Shown here piece by piece: positions 1 through 8,342 of a stretch of 64,000 nucleotides of DNA. Positions within the stretch are counted from its first letter, which is position 1. The number at the start of each line of letters is the position of its first letter. Below the pieces are notes generated by a model, which saw only the letters and a list, made by a program, of their open reading frames with translations, searched no databases and was not told the origin of the DNA. Source of the stretch: an uncultured Alphaproteobacteria bacterium. GTDB lineage: Bacteria > Pseudomonadota > Alphaproteobacteria > Rhizobiales > Methyloligellaceae. The translations under genes were made by a program, and so were the position numbers. The DNA lies in the NCBI GenBank assembly GCA_963817175.1, contig CAWFNK010000026.1:6793-70792 (forward strand), read 5' to 3'.

Positions 1-2268
1 GCTGTAGTCGGCAGAAATCAGCTTCTTGCCCTTCTCCGCCACGAATGCCTTGCGAATGGCGCGGCCCTCGGCCGTCCTCACCGGGATGTTCTGCAAATTC
101 GGCTCGACCGACGAAAGCCGGCCCGTGGTCGTGGCGGCGAGCGCGTAGGAGGTGTGCACGCGCCCCGTCTCGGGATGGATGTAGGCGGGGAGCGCGTCGG
201 TATAGGTGCTCTTCAGCTTGGCCAGCACGCGCCAGTCGAGCACTTTGCGGGGTAGGTCGTGGCCTTCGGCCGCCAACTCTTCCAGCGCGGCGGCGTCGGT
301 GCTCCAGGCGCCGGTCTTGGTGCGCCGCCCGCCCGGCAGGCTCATCTTGTCGAACAGGATTTCGCCGAGCTGCTTGGGCGAGCCGATATTGAACTCTTCC
401 CCGGCCAGCTCCCTGATCTCGTCCTCGAGGCGCGCGATGGTCTGGGCGAAAGAGAGCGAGAGGGAAGCCAGCGTCGCCTTCTCGACCTTGACGCCGCGCC
501 GTTCCATCTCGGCGAGCACCGGCGCCAGCGGCCGCTCCAGCGTCTCGTAGACCGTGGTGACGGACTCCGCGGCGAGCCGGGGCTTCAGGATCATCCAGAG
601 CCGCAGACCGATATCGGTCTCCTCGCCGGCATATTCGGTGGCGCGCGCCACCTCCACGCGGTCGAGCGCGACCGCGTTGCGGCCCGAGCCCATGATCTCT
701 TTCTCGGTGAGGCAGGTATAGGACAAGAGCCGGCCCGCAAGCTCCGCCGGCAAATGCTCGGCGCGGCCGGCGTCGAGCGCATAGGACATCAGGCAGGGAT
801 CGTCGATTGCCGTGAGCGCGATGCCGTAGCGGGCGAGCGAAACCATGTCGAACTTGGCGTTCTGCACGATCTTCAGCACGCTCTCGTCTTCCAGGATCGG
901 CTTCAGCAGATCGAGCGCTTCGCGCATGGGGATCTGCGCGATCGTGTCGCCGCCGAGATCGAGCCCGTCGCCCGCCCGGTGCGCGAGCGGCACGTAGGCC
1001 GCGTGTCCCGGCACCAGCGCGAGCGCGACCCCCACCACTTCGCCTTGCATAGGGTCCGACGAAGTCAGTTTCACCCTGAAGGAGAAATGGCCTTGGTAGC
1101 GCGCGGCATCGAGCAGGTCGGAGAGCCGCGAGGCCTCCGTCACTGTCTCGTAATTCGCCCGGTCGAAGGGAATCGCTTCGAGCTTCCCGGCGCGTTCCAC
1201 CGCGAGCTGCGCCGGCGACCCGCCCACGCTCTTGCGCTGCGCCTCGACCGCGGGCCCGCGTGGGGAGCGCCGCAAGGGATGGTCGTAATCGTCCTTCTTC
1301 TTTCGCTGTGGCGTCGTTGAAGGCGTCATGCCCTCGGGCAGCTCGGCGCCGAGCCCTTCCGCCACGCGGCGGAGCAGCGTGGTGAATTCGAGCTTGCGCA
1401 TGAAGGCGGTCAGCGCCTCGGCATCCGGCGCGCGCACGGCCATCTCGGCGAGCGTCGCCTCGAGCGGCACATGCGTATCGAGGATCACCAGAGCCTTCGA
1501 CAGCCGCGCCTGGTCGGCGAAATTAATGAGGCTCTCGCGCCGCTTGTCCTGCTTGATCTCCGATGCGCGGTCGAGCAGCGTTTCGAGATCGCCGTATTCG
1601 TTGATGAGCAGCGCCGCGGTCTTCACGCCGATCCCCGGCACGCCCGGCACGTTGTCGGAGGAATTGCCGATCAGCGCCTGCACCTCGACGACCTTGGACG
1701 GCGGCACGCCGAAGCGCTCCTGAACCTCGGCCTCGCCGATCGCTTTGTTCTTCATCGTGTCGTACATGATGATGCCGGGCTGCACGAGCTGCATCAGGTC
1801 CTTGTCCGAGGAGACGATGGTCACGTCGGCGCCGGCCTCGACCGCCTCGAGCGCATAGGTCGCGATGATGTCGTCGGCCTCGTAGCCTTCCATCTCGATG
1901 CAAGAGACATTGAAGGCGCGCACGGCGTCGCGCACCAGCGGGAATTGCGGCACGAGATCGCCGGGCGGCTCCGGCCGGTTCGCCTTGTAGCCGTCGAACA
2001 TGTCGCTGCGGAAGGTCTTGGCCGAATAGTCGAAGATCACCGCGATATGCGTCGGCGGCGCGAGCTCTCCCGTCTCGCGCAACAGCTTCCACAGCATGGC
2101 GCAGAAGCCATGCACCGCCCCCACGGGCAGCCCGTCAGAGGGCCGGGTGAGGGGCGGCAGCGCGTGATAGGCGCGGAAGATGTAGCCCGAGCCGTCGATC
2201 AGATAGACGTGGTCGCCCTTCGCCACCGGCCTGCCGGCAGGAGATATGTTGCTCTTCGTGATGGCCAT
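1..2268 (-). CDS. polA: DNA polymerase I (partial; runs off the left edge)
   Basis: Manual minus-strand translation from ATG 2268: MAITKSNISPAGRPVAKGDHVYLIDGSGYIFRAYHALPPLTR (5'-3' exonuclease start). The same frame reaches KKLISADYS (polymerase motif A) at position 1. Absent from the ORF track because no stop lies in the window. Confidence 0.97.
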   Translation of the reverse strand, partial: MAITKSNISPAGRPVAKGDHVYLIDGSGYIFRAYHALPPLTRPSDGLPVGAVHGFCAMLWKLLRETGELAPPTHIAVIFDYSAKTFRSDMFDGYKANRPEPPGDLVPQFPLVRDAVRAFNVSCIEMEGYEADDIIATYALEAVEAGADVTIVSSDKDLMQLVQPGIIMYDTMKNKAIGEAEVQERFGVPPSKVVEVQALIGNSSDNVPGVPGIGVKTAALLINEYGDLETLLDRASEIKQDKRRESLINFADQARLSKALVILDTHVPLEATLAEMAVRAPDAEALTAFMRKLEFTTLLRRVAEGLGAELPEGMTPSTTPQRKKKDDYDHPLRRSPRGPAVEAQRKSVGGSPAQLAVERAGKLEAIPFDRANYETVTEASRLSDLLDAARYQGHFSFRVKLTSSDPMQGEVVGVALALVPGHAAYVPLAHRAGDGLDLGGDTIAQIPMREALDLLKPILEDESVLKIVQNAKFDMVSLARYGIALTAIDDPCLMSYALDAGRAEHLPAELAGRLLSYTCLTEKEIMGSGRNAVALDRVEVARATEYAGEETDIGLRLWMILKPRLAAESVTTVYETLERPLAPVLAEMERRGVKVEKATLASLSLSFAQTIARLEDEIRELAGEEFNIGSPKQLGEILFDKMSLPGGRRTKTGAWSTDAAALEELAAEGHDLPRKVLDWRVLAKLKSTYTDALPAYIHPETGRVHTSYALAATTTGRLSSVEPNLQNIPVRTAEGRAIRKAFVAEKGKKLISADYS

Positions 2269-2504
2269 GATGGGAGGAATATAGGAACTCGCGCGCGTCC
2301 CGTCAGCATGGACGAGCTCGCTCTCCCCAACGACATCGGTCGCGCTCGGCTGTCGTTCCGCCGGGAAATGAGTTGCTCGACTCGCAACCACAAAGGGCGC
2401 ACGCTTTCCGTAGTGCGTGGGCGACCCTCCGGCGAGTATGGCTGTCCTCTTGACGGCGTTCCCTGTGACGCGGAGCTCACGCACACCTCTCACATGCATA
2501 GCCG

Positions 2505-4166
2505 CTAGGGCGAGGTCTCGAACTCGTGCTTGTGGTTGGCGCTGCCCGGCGCGAAGGACTTCTCGGCGCCTCCGAAGGTCCGGTCGATATAGTCCTTGAA
2601 ATAATTGTCGAGGAACGGGAAGGCGCGGGCGAAGCGGGTGAAATCCTTCTGCGCGATGAACAGCAGCACGCCGTCCTCGAGCGCCACCACAAGGCCGGTC
2701 CTGAGCGCCGATTTGAGCAGCACGCGCTCGCCAAAATGGTCGCCAGGTTTGAACAGTTTGGCGAAATGCTCTCCCGTCTCGGGGTTGTCGATGGTCAGCT
2801 GGAAGGCGCCTTTGACCACCGTGTAGAAGCCGTCGATCAGCATGCCCGGCTCGAACACCCTGTCGCCCTTGCGATAATGGATGTAGCGCGTCGCCGGCGG
2901 CGTCGATTGGATCTGCACGATGTTCGGCGGCATGACGCTGTTGAGCAGCCAGTTGGCGCCGACCCTGAGCTTGGCGGTGAAGCCCGGCAGGAAGGACAGA
3001 TAAAAGCCGCGCCACAACAGCCACGCCAGCGTGCCGGAGAGCTTGAAGCCATAGACGTCGGCGACCGCCTTGCTCATGCCGAGCGAGGCGAGCGAGCCTT
3101 TCGAGGTATAGGCGAACGGCTTGAGGTCGCTGCCCTCGAGCTTGGCGACGATATTGCTGGCGAGCTGTTTGCCTTCGCGTACGGCGAATTGCGCGGTCTG
3201 CGTCGCATAGTCCAAGGGGTCCTCGCCCGGATGGTCGCTGAGCGGGATCAACGCCGCATCGCCGAGCGCCCAGACGCCCTCATGACCGGGCACGCGCATG
3301 AAGCGGTCGGTCTTGATGCGGCCCCACTGCATGTCGAGGGGAAGCGTGGCCACCAGCGGATGCGGCCCATTGCCAATGGTGGCGACGATGGTCGAGGTCG
3401 GGATCACCCGCCCGTCGGTCAGCTCGACGCCCGAGCCGGTGGCGGATTTGGTGCCCACGCCGGTCAGCACCTCGATGCCGTGAATTCGCAGCCGTCGCGT
3501 CGCATATTCGGCGAGGTCGGCGGGGAAGGTCGGCAGGATGCGGTTGGCATATTCGATCAGGTAGAAGCGGAGCTCCTCCGGCTTGATGTTCGGATAATAT
3601 TTCAGCGCGCGGCGGACCAGCTCGCGCACCTCGGCCATGGTCTCGACGCCTGAGAAGCCCGCGCCCACGACGACGAAGGTCAGCAGCTGCTGCTTCACGT
3701 CTTTGTCGTCGGTGATGTCGGCCGTCTCCAGGCAGCCGATCACATGCGTGCGCAGCCGGTGCGCGTCGGCAAGATCCTTCATGGTCAGCGCATGCTCCGG
3801 CAGGCCCGGGAAGCGCTTGAGATCGACCCCGGTGCCGAGCGCGATGACCAGCTCGTCGTAGTAGAGATCCACCGGAACGCGCCGCGCGCCCTGGACCACG
3901 ATCACCTTCCTCTGCTCGAAGTCGATGCCCATGACCTCGGCTTGGCGCACCTGCAGCCGGCGCAGCAGCTGGCGCAAGGGCACGACCGCGTCGGCGGAAT
4001 GGATGCTCGACGCGGCGACCTCTGGCAGCAGCGGCTGGAACACGAAATAGTTGTTGGCATTGACCAGCTCGACATCGAGCTTGCCGCGGCCTTGCCGCTC
4101 GAGCGCCTTGGCCGCGAACACGCCGCCAAAGCCGCCGCCGATCACCAGGACTTTCTTTTTCTCCAT
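2505..4166 (-). CDS. Type II NADH dehydrogenase-like flavoprotein with a C-terminal cyclic nucleotide-binding domain
   Basis: Two Rossmann motifs (VIGGGFGG, VVGAGFSGVE), FQPLL, WALGDAA, TAQFAVREG and YTSKGSLASLG. The C-terminus YRKGDRVFEPG...GDHFGERVLL...RTGLVVA fits a cNMP-binding fold. Start chosen at MEKKK. Confidence 0.88.
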   Translation of the reverse strand: MEKKKVLVIGGGFGGVFAAKALERQGRGKLDVELVNANNYFVFQPLLPEVAASSIHSADAVVPLRQLLRRLQVRQAEVMGIDFEQRKVIVVQGARRVPVDLYYDELVIALGTGVDLKRFPGLPEHALTMKDLADAHRLRTHVIGCLETADITDDKDVKQQLLTFVVVGAGFSGVETMAEVRELVRRALKYYPNIKPEELRFYLIEYANRILPTFPADLAEYATRRLRIHGIEVLTGVGTKSATGSGVELTDGRVIPTSTIVATIGNGPHPLVATLPLDMQWGRIKTDRFMRVPGHEGVWALGDAALIPLSDHPGEDPLDYATQTAQFAVREGKQLASNIVAKLEGSDLKPFAYTSKGSLASLGMSKAVADVYGFKLSGTLAWLLWRGFYLSFLPGFTAKLRVGANWLLNSVMPPNIVQIQSTPPATRYIHYRKGDRVFEPGMLIDGFYTVVKGAFQLTIDNPETGEHFAKLFKPGDHFGERVLLKSALRTGLVVALEDGVLLFIAQKDFTRFARAFPFLDNYFKDYIDRTFGGAEKSFAPGSANHKHEFETSP

Positions 4167-4350
4167 GGCTGCCCAGCCTTTCTTCAGGCCGCCATACCTA
4201 CGCCAATGCTGCACTGCGTCAAGTCACGCCATGGCGCAGAGGATTAAACCTCCGTCGGCTATTGATTTACGATATCCGGCCTCTGATTTCTGCTATCTCG
4301 CCCTGGCGTTGCTTAATTTGTGGCGTTTGGTCTAGGGTCGCCGCGGCGAA

Positions 4351-4427
4351 GCACCCGTAGCTCAGTTGGATAGAGCGTTGCCCTCCGAAGGCAGAGGTCA
4401 CAGGTTCGAATCCTGTCGGGTGCGCCA
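4351..4427 (+). tRNA. tRNA-Arg (anticodon CCG)
   Basis: GCACCCG acceptor stem pairs with CGGGTGC, followed by G-CCA. D arm TAGCTCAGTTGGATAGAGC, anticodon loop CTCCGAA, T loop GGTTCGAATCC; 77 nt. Confidence 0.97.
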
Positions 4428-4515
4428 CTGGCATAATGAAATTGCCAAGAAGTGGCGTATTGTCTTATTCACCCAAGCTTCAGGGTAGGGAAGCCAACCC
4501 GCAAAGGAGATGACG

Positions 4516-4692
4516 ATGAGGAAGTTGATGATGGTGGCAGCGGCCGCGGCGATCGCGCTCGTTGGTTTGTCGGCCAATACCTGCGGCGGCGAGCAGAAGC
4601 CCGCCGAGCAGCCCGCGACGCAGCCCGAGGCGCAGCCGACGCAACCCGAGACGCAGCCGGAGACGCAGCCCGCGCAGCCGCCGGCGCAGTAG
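4516..4692 (+). CDS. Small exported/lipoprotein-like protein with a Gln/Pro/Glu/Thr-rich repetitive tail
   Basis: AAGGAG RBS 6 nt before ATG 4516. Signal-like N-terminus MRKLMMVAAAAAIALVGLSANTC, followed by (E/T/A)QP repeats. Confidence 0.7.
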   Translation: MRKLMMVAAAAAIALVGLSANTCGGEQKPAEQPATQPEAQPTQPETQPETQPAQPPAQ

Positions 4693-4757
4693 CCCGCCTA
4701 CACCGAGAGCGCTGATTTAGGGTTGCTGCCGCTGGCGATCGCCGGCCGGACGCCGCC

Positions 4758-5225
4758 CTATTTCAGCGCCTCAGCGGCTTCGAGCACCTCCTCGGCATGG
4801 CCGGGGACCTTGACCTTCCGCCAGACCTTGCGGATCACTCCCTTGCCGTCGATGAGGAAGGTCGATCGCTCGATGCCCATATACTTCCTGCCATACATGC
4901 TCTTCTCCACCCACACGCCGTAGGCTTGGCAAACCTTGCCGTCCTCGTCCGAGGCAAGCGGGAAGGGGAGCTCGTACTTTGCTTTGAACTTATCGTGGCT
5001 CGCGACGGAGTCGCGGGAGATGCCGATCACTGCCGCCTTAGCCTTGCCGAAGTCCGGCAGCGCGTCGCGGAAGGCGCAAGCCTCGGCCGTGCAGCCCGAG
5101 GTGTCGTCCTTGGGATAGAAATAGAGCACCACGGCCTTCCCCTTGAAGTTCTTGAGCGCGACCTTGCCGCCGCCGTCGGCCGGTAGGCTGAAATCCGGCG
5201 CCTTGTCTCCCACCTCCAAGCCCAT
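4758..5225 (-). CDS. bcp: Thioredoxin-dependent peroxiredoxin Bcp/PrxQ
   Basis: MGLEVGDKAPDF...VLYFYPKDDTSGCTAEAC...GIERSTFLID; GGAGGAG RBS upstream of ATG 5225. Confidence 0.95.
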   Translation of the reverse strand: MGLEVGDKAPDFSLPADGGGKVALKNFKGKAVVLYFYPKDDTSGCTAEACAFRDALPDFGKAKAAVIGISRDSVASHDKFKAKYELPFPLASDEDGKVCQAYGVWVEKSMYGRKYMGIERSTFLIDGKGVIRKVWRKVKVPGHAEEVLEAAEALK

Positions 5226-5260
5226 CGTCTCTCCTCCGTCAGTCGATGCTGAACTGCCCA

Positions 5261-6384
5261 TTAGTGCGCGGTCGTGACCGAAGGACCGGGACCGGCCAGA
5301 TAGCGATAGATCCCATCCTCGGCGTCGCGGCGTCGCTCGACCGCCTCCTTGATGCGCAGCACGAGGTCCTTGGCGATGCGCCGTGCGGAAATGGCTCGCG
5401 TCCCAGTAATTATCCGCATTGTTGCGGGTCCAGGTCGAAGCGATGTCGAAGTCGATGCGCATAGCCGCGGGAATTCGAGGCGAGCGCTCGCGATGCGCCG
5501 CTTGCAGATGACGATGATCGGTGCGCTCGTCGGCGCTGTATCAGGCAGGGTCGAAACATGCGGCGGCATGACCACCAGGATGATCAGCTCGGTCGTCGGC
5601 AGGAAGCGCGGCCGATCACCTCTCTCGAGCAGTCGCAATATCGGGAAACGGACGGCTCGCGGGATTCGGCCGGGACATCGCGCTCCATCGGAGCGCGCAC
5701 CGGCGTCAAGCGTCGCAACCGCGATCCCCTTGGAGCCATCGACTTTGTCCCTGGCCTTGACCGGCGTTCCATTTCGCCTCGTCGAGCAACTCGTTGCGAT
5801 ATCCGTCGGCCTCGGACTCCGGGCGGCTCGAATCCGAGATCGACGGCGAGCTGCTCTAGCGCGGAGTTCGAGCGTTTCGAGATTGAGCAGGGCTAGAGAA
5901 GTCGTCGAGCCGGTCTCGTCGTAGAGCGACTCCGGGAACACAGCCTTGGGCTGATAGGTCTCCGGCAACCGTTGGCTCCACACCATCGGTTGCGCTGTCG
6001 AGGCCGAGCACCAGGGTGCGCAATTGCGGCACGTTTCGCCCGATGGCTTGCAGCACGCGTGCGAGCTCATGCGGCGTGGCTCCATGAATGGCGAGATTGG
6101 CGAACTCTCCGCCAAAGGCGTCCTTCGGCCCAATCGGGATCGACCGAATGAAGCGTCGAGCTTCCCACCAGAAACGAGTTGAGCTGGCCGTTGCGGATCA
6201 GCTGACTGGGCGAGGAAGCGCCGATCCTTCAGCGCATAGCCGGGCTTCGGCTCGAAAGCGGCGAGGCCACCGGCGACACGCCCAGCGGATCGACCAGCAG
6301 GATCAGCGTCACCGCCAGCGCCAGCGCCGCGGCGCCGGTGATCGCGAAGGCAAGCAGGAAGCGTTTCCACATATAGGCGTCCAT
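5261..6384 (-). pseudogene. SGNH-like (DltD/AlgJ-like) O-acyltransferase partner, broken by many frameshifts (true pseudogene or assembly errors)
   Basis: ATG overlaps the MBOAT stop (TGATG). Stitching frames gives an N-terminal TM (FLLAFAITGAAALALAVTLILLVDP), FLVGSST, FANLAIHGATPHEL and C-terminal NYWDASHF (DxxH). Confidence 0.65.
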
Positions 6385-7748
6385 CAGAACTGGAAATAGA
6401 TGAAGCTTCTCGGCTGGCCGGCGCCGACCTCGAGCACCACCATCACGGCGGCGAGCGCGAAGGCGATGCCATAGGCGGGAAGCGGCTTGAGCCAGTCCTC
6501 GACGAACTCCTTCGTGCTCGGACCGAGGATCGAGACGGCGGCCGCGAGCCCAAGCACCGCCGGCCATTCCGTCTCGCCCAGCAAGCCGTTGAACCCGGCC
6601 ATGCCGCTGAGCATCGCCCCGGCGGTGGCGAAGTCGGGCGCGCGGAACAGGACCCAGCTGACGATCACGAACAACATGGTGATGCCCCAGGCGAGCGGCG
6701 CGGGCAGCGGCCGCCCGCGATCCTCCCAGAGGCGGCAGACGATCAGCGCCAGACCATGCGCCAGCCCCCAAACGACGAAGGTGAAGCCCGCGCCATGCCA
6801 CAGCCCGCACAGCCCCATGGTGATCAGCGTCGCCTTGACGTAGGTCAGCCAGCCGTTCCGGCTACCGCCGAGCGGAATGTAGAGATAGTCGCGCAGGAAG
6901 CGCGACAGCGTCATATGCCAGCGGCGCCAGAACTCCCGGATGCTGGTCGCTCGATAGGGCACGTTGAAATTGTCGGGGAACTGGAAGCCGAGCATCAGCC
7001 CGAGCCCGATCGCCATCTCCGAATAGGCGGAGAAGTCGAGGAACAGCTGGAAGGTAAAGGCCAGCGCGCCGAGCCACGCATCGCCGAATGCGGGACTCTG
7101 GGCCGAGGCGAAGATCGGATCGGCGACGCCGGCAAGCGGGTCGGCGATGAACACCTTCTTCACGCAGCCGATGACGAAGAAGGCGATGCCGTAAGCGAAG
7201 CGTTTGCTCAGGCCTGGCCGGAACGGCGACAGGCTGAATTGCGGGATGATCTCGTTATGCCGGATGATCGGGCCGGCGATCAGATGCGGGAACAGGAAGA
7301 TGAACAGGCAGAACTTGCGCAGCTGGTAATGTGGCCCGTCGCCCCGCCTGAGATCGACCAGATAGGAGATCAGCTCGAATGTGTAGAAGCTGATGCCGAG
7401 CGGCAGGATCAAGTCCCATCCCTGCACCGGCACGCCCATGATGCCCACCACGGCACCGGCGACGAAGGCGAGATATTTGAAGAAGGCGAGCACGGCGAGG
7501 TTGGCGGCGACGCCGAGCACGATCCAAGCCCGAGAAGGATATCGGAGATAGGCTTCCGCGATCAGCCAGGTCGCCACCGTCTGGCCGACCAGGAGCGGCA
7601 CGAAACGCGGGTCCCACCAGGCATAGAACAGCAGCGAAGCGAGGATCAGGATCGCCTCGCGCAACACCGGCCGTTCGGCCGACAGGTAATAGGCGCCCAG
7701 CACCGCGGGGAGGAACAGCAGGATGAACACCTGCGACTGGAACAGCAT
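6384..7748 (-). CDS. MBOAT family O-acyltransferase (AlgI/DltB-like)
   Basis: MLFQSQVF start, LPLGISFYTF, FPHLIAGPI, FWRRWHMTLS, YLYIPLGGSR, GLWHGA catalytic His, FIYFQF C-terminus. Confidence 0.95.
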   Translation of the reverse strand: MLFQSQVFILLFLPAVLGAYYLSAERPVLREAILILASLLFYAWWDPRFVPLLVGQTVATWLIAEAYLRYPSRAWIVLGVAANLAVLAFFKYLAFVAGAVVGIMGVPVQGWDLILPLGISFYTFELISYLVDLRRGDGPHYQLRKFCLFIFLFPHLIAGPIIRHNEIIPQFSLSPFRPGLSKRFAYGIAFFVIGCVKKVFIADPLAGVADPIFASAQSPAFGDAWLGALAFTFQLFLDFSAYSEMAIGLGLMLGFQFPDNFNVPYRATSIREFWRRWHMTLSRFLRDYLYIPLGGSRNGWLTYVKATLITMGLCGLWHGAGFTFVVWGLAHGLALIVCRLWEDRGRPLPAPLAWGITMLFVIVSWVLFRAPDFATAGAMLSGMAGFNGLLGETEWPAVLGLAAAVSILGPSTKEFVEDWLKPLPAYGIAFALAAVMVVLEVGAGQPRSFIYFQF

Positions 7749-7873
7749 GGCGGGAGGCGCCCCCGATTTGACTTAAAGAATACCGACAGCCCAGCCTGCC
7801 GCCGGGCTAGAAAAGCACGCCGATCTTCTCCTGGCTACTCCGTCACAAGCGATGACGCCCTTTCGCGAGCAAT

Positions 7874-8335
7874 TCACTCCTTAGGCTGACCCAGGCGCTT
7901 GCTCATTTTGACATGCGGCACGGTGTTCTCCTCGAACGGCTCGCCCTCCGCGAGATAGCCGAAGGTCGCGTAGAACCCCTCGGCGCCGATTCTGGCGTTG
8001 AGCACCATCAGGTGAAAGCCGGAGCTTCCGGCCCAGCCTTCCGCATGCGTAAGCAGCTGCCTGCCGATGCCTTTGCGCTGCCAATCCTGCGCCACCGCCA
8101 TCTGCTTGAGCTGGAGCAGCGCTTCGCCGAGCGGCTTCAACGATACCGAGCCGACCACGCGGCCGAACAACAGCGCGCAGAAATGCTGGCGCGTCTCGTC
8201 GTCGGCAAGTTCCTCCGCGGAGATCGAGAGCCCGAGCGGCCGCCGCAGGATCGCCTCGCGCAAGGCGAGCGCCTGGCGGTAAAGGTCCGAGCCGAGCGGC
8301 GCCTCGAACACGACGATGTCGCGCTGTTCCGCCAC
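7874..8335 (-). CDS. GNAT family N-acetyltransferase (ElaA-like)
   Basis: LKQMAVAQDWQRKGIGRQLL acetyl-CoA motif, LNAR, FYATFGY, PFEENTVPHVKM. Confidence 0.9.
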   Translation of the reverse strand: MAEQRDIVVFEAPLGSDLYRQALALREAILRRPLGLSISAEELADDETRQHFCALLFGRVVGSVSLKPLGEALLQLKQMAVAQDWQRKGIGRQLLTHAEGWAGSSGFHLMVLNARIGAEGFYATFGYLAEGEPFEENTVPHVKMSKRLGQPKE

Positions 8336-8342
8336 CTTCCCC

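Noticed and set aside
4590-4690. CRISPR-like or tandem DNA repeat
   Set aside because: Short imperfect CAGCC(C/G) units are codons of a QP-rich peptide; there are no spacers and no cas genes.
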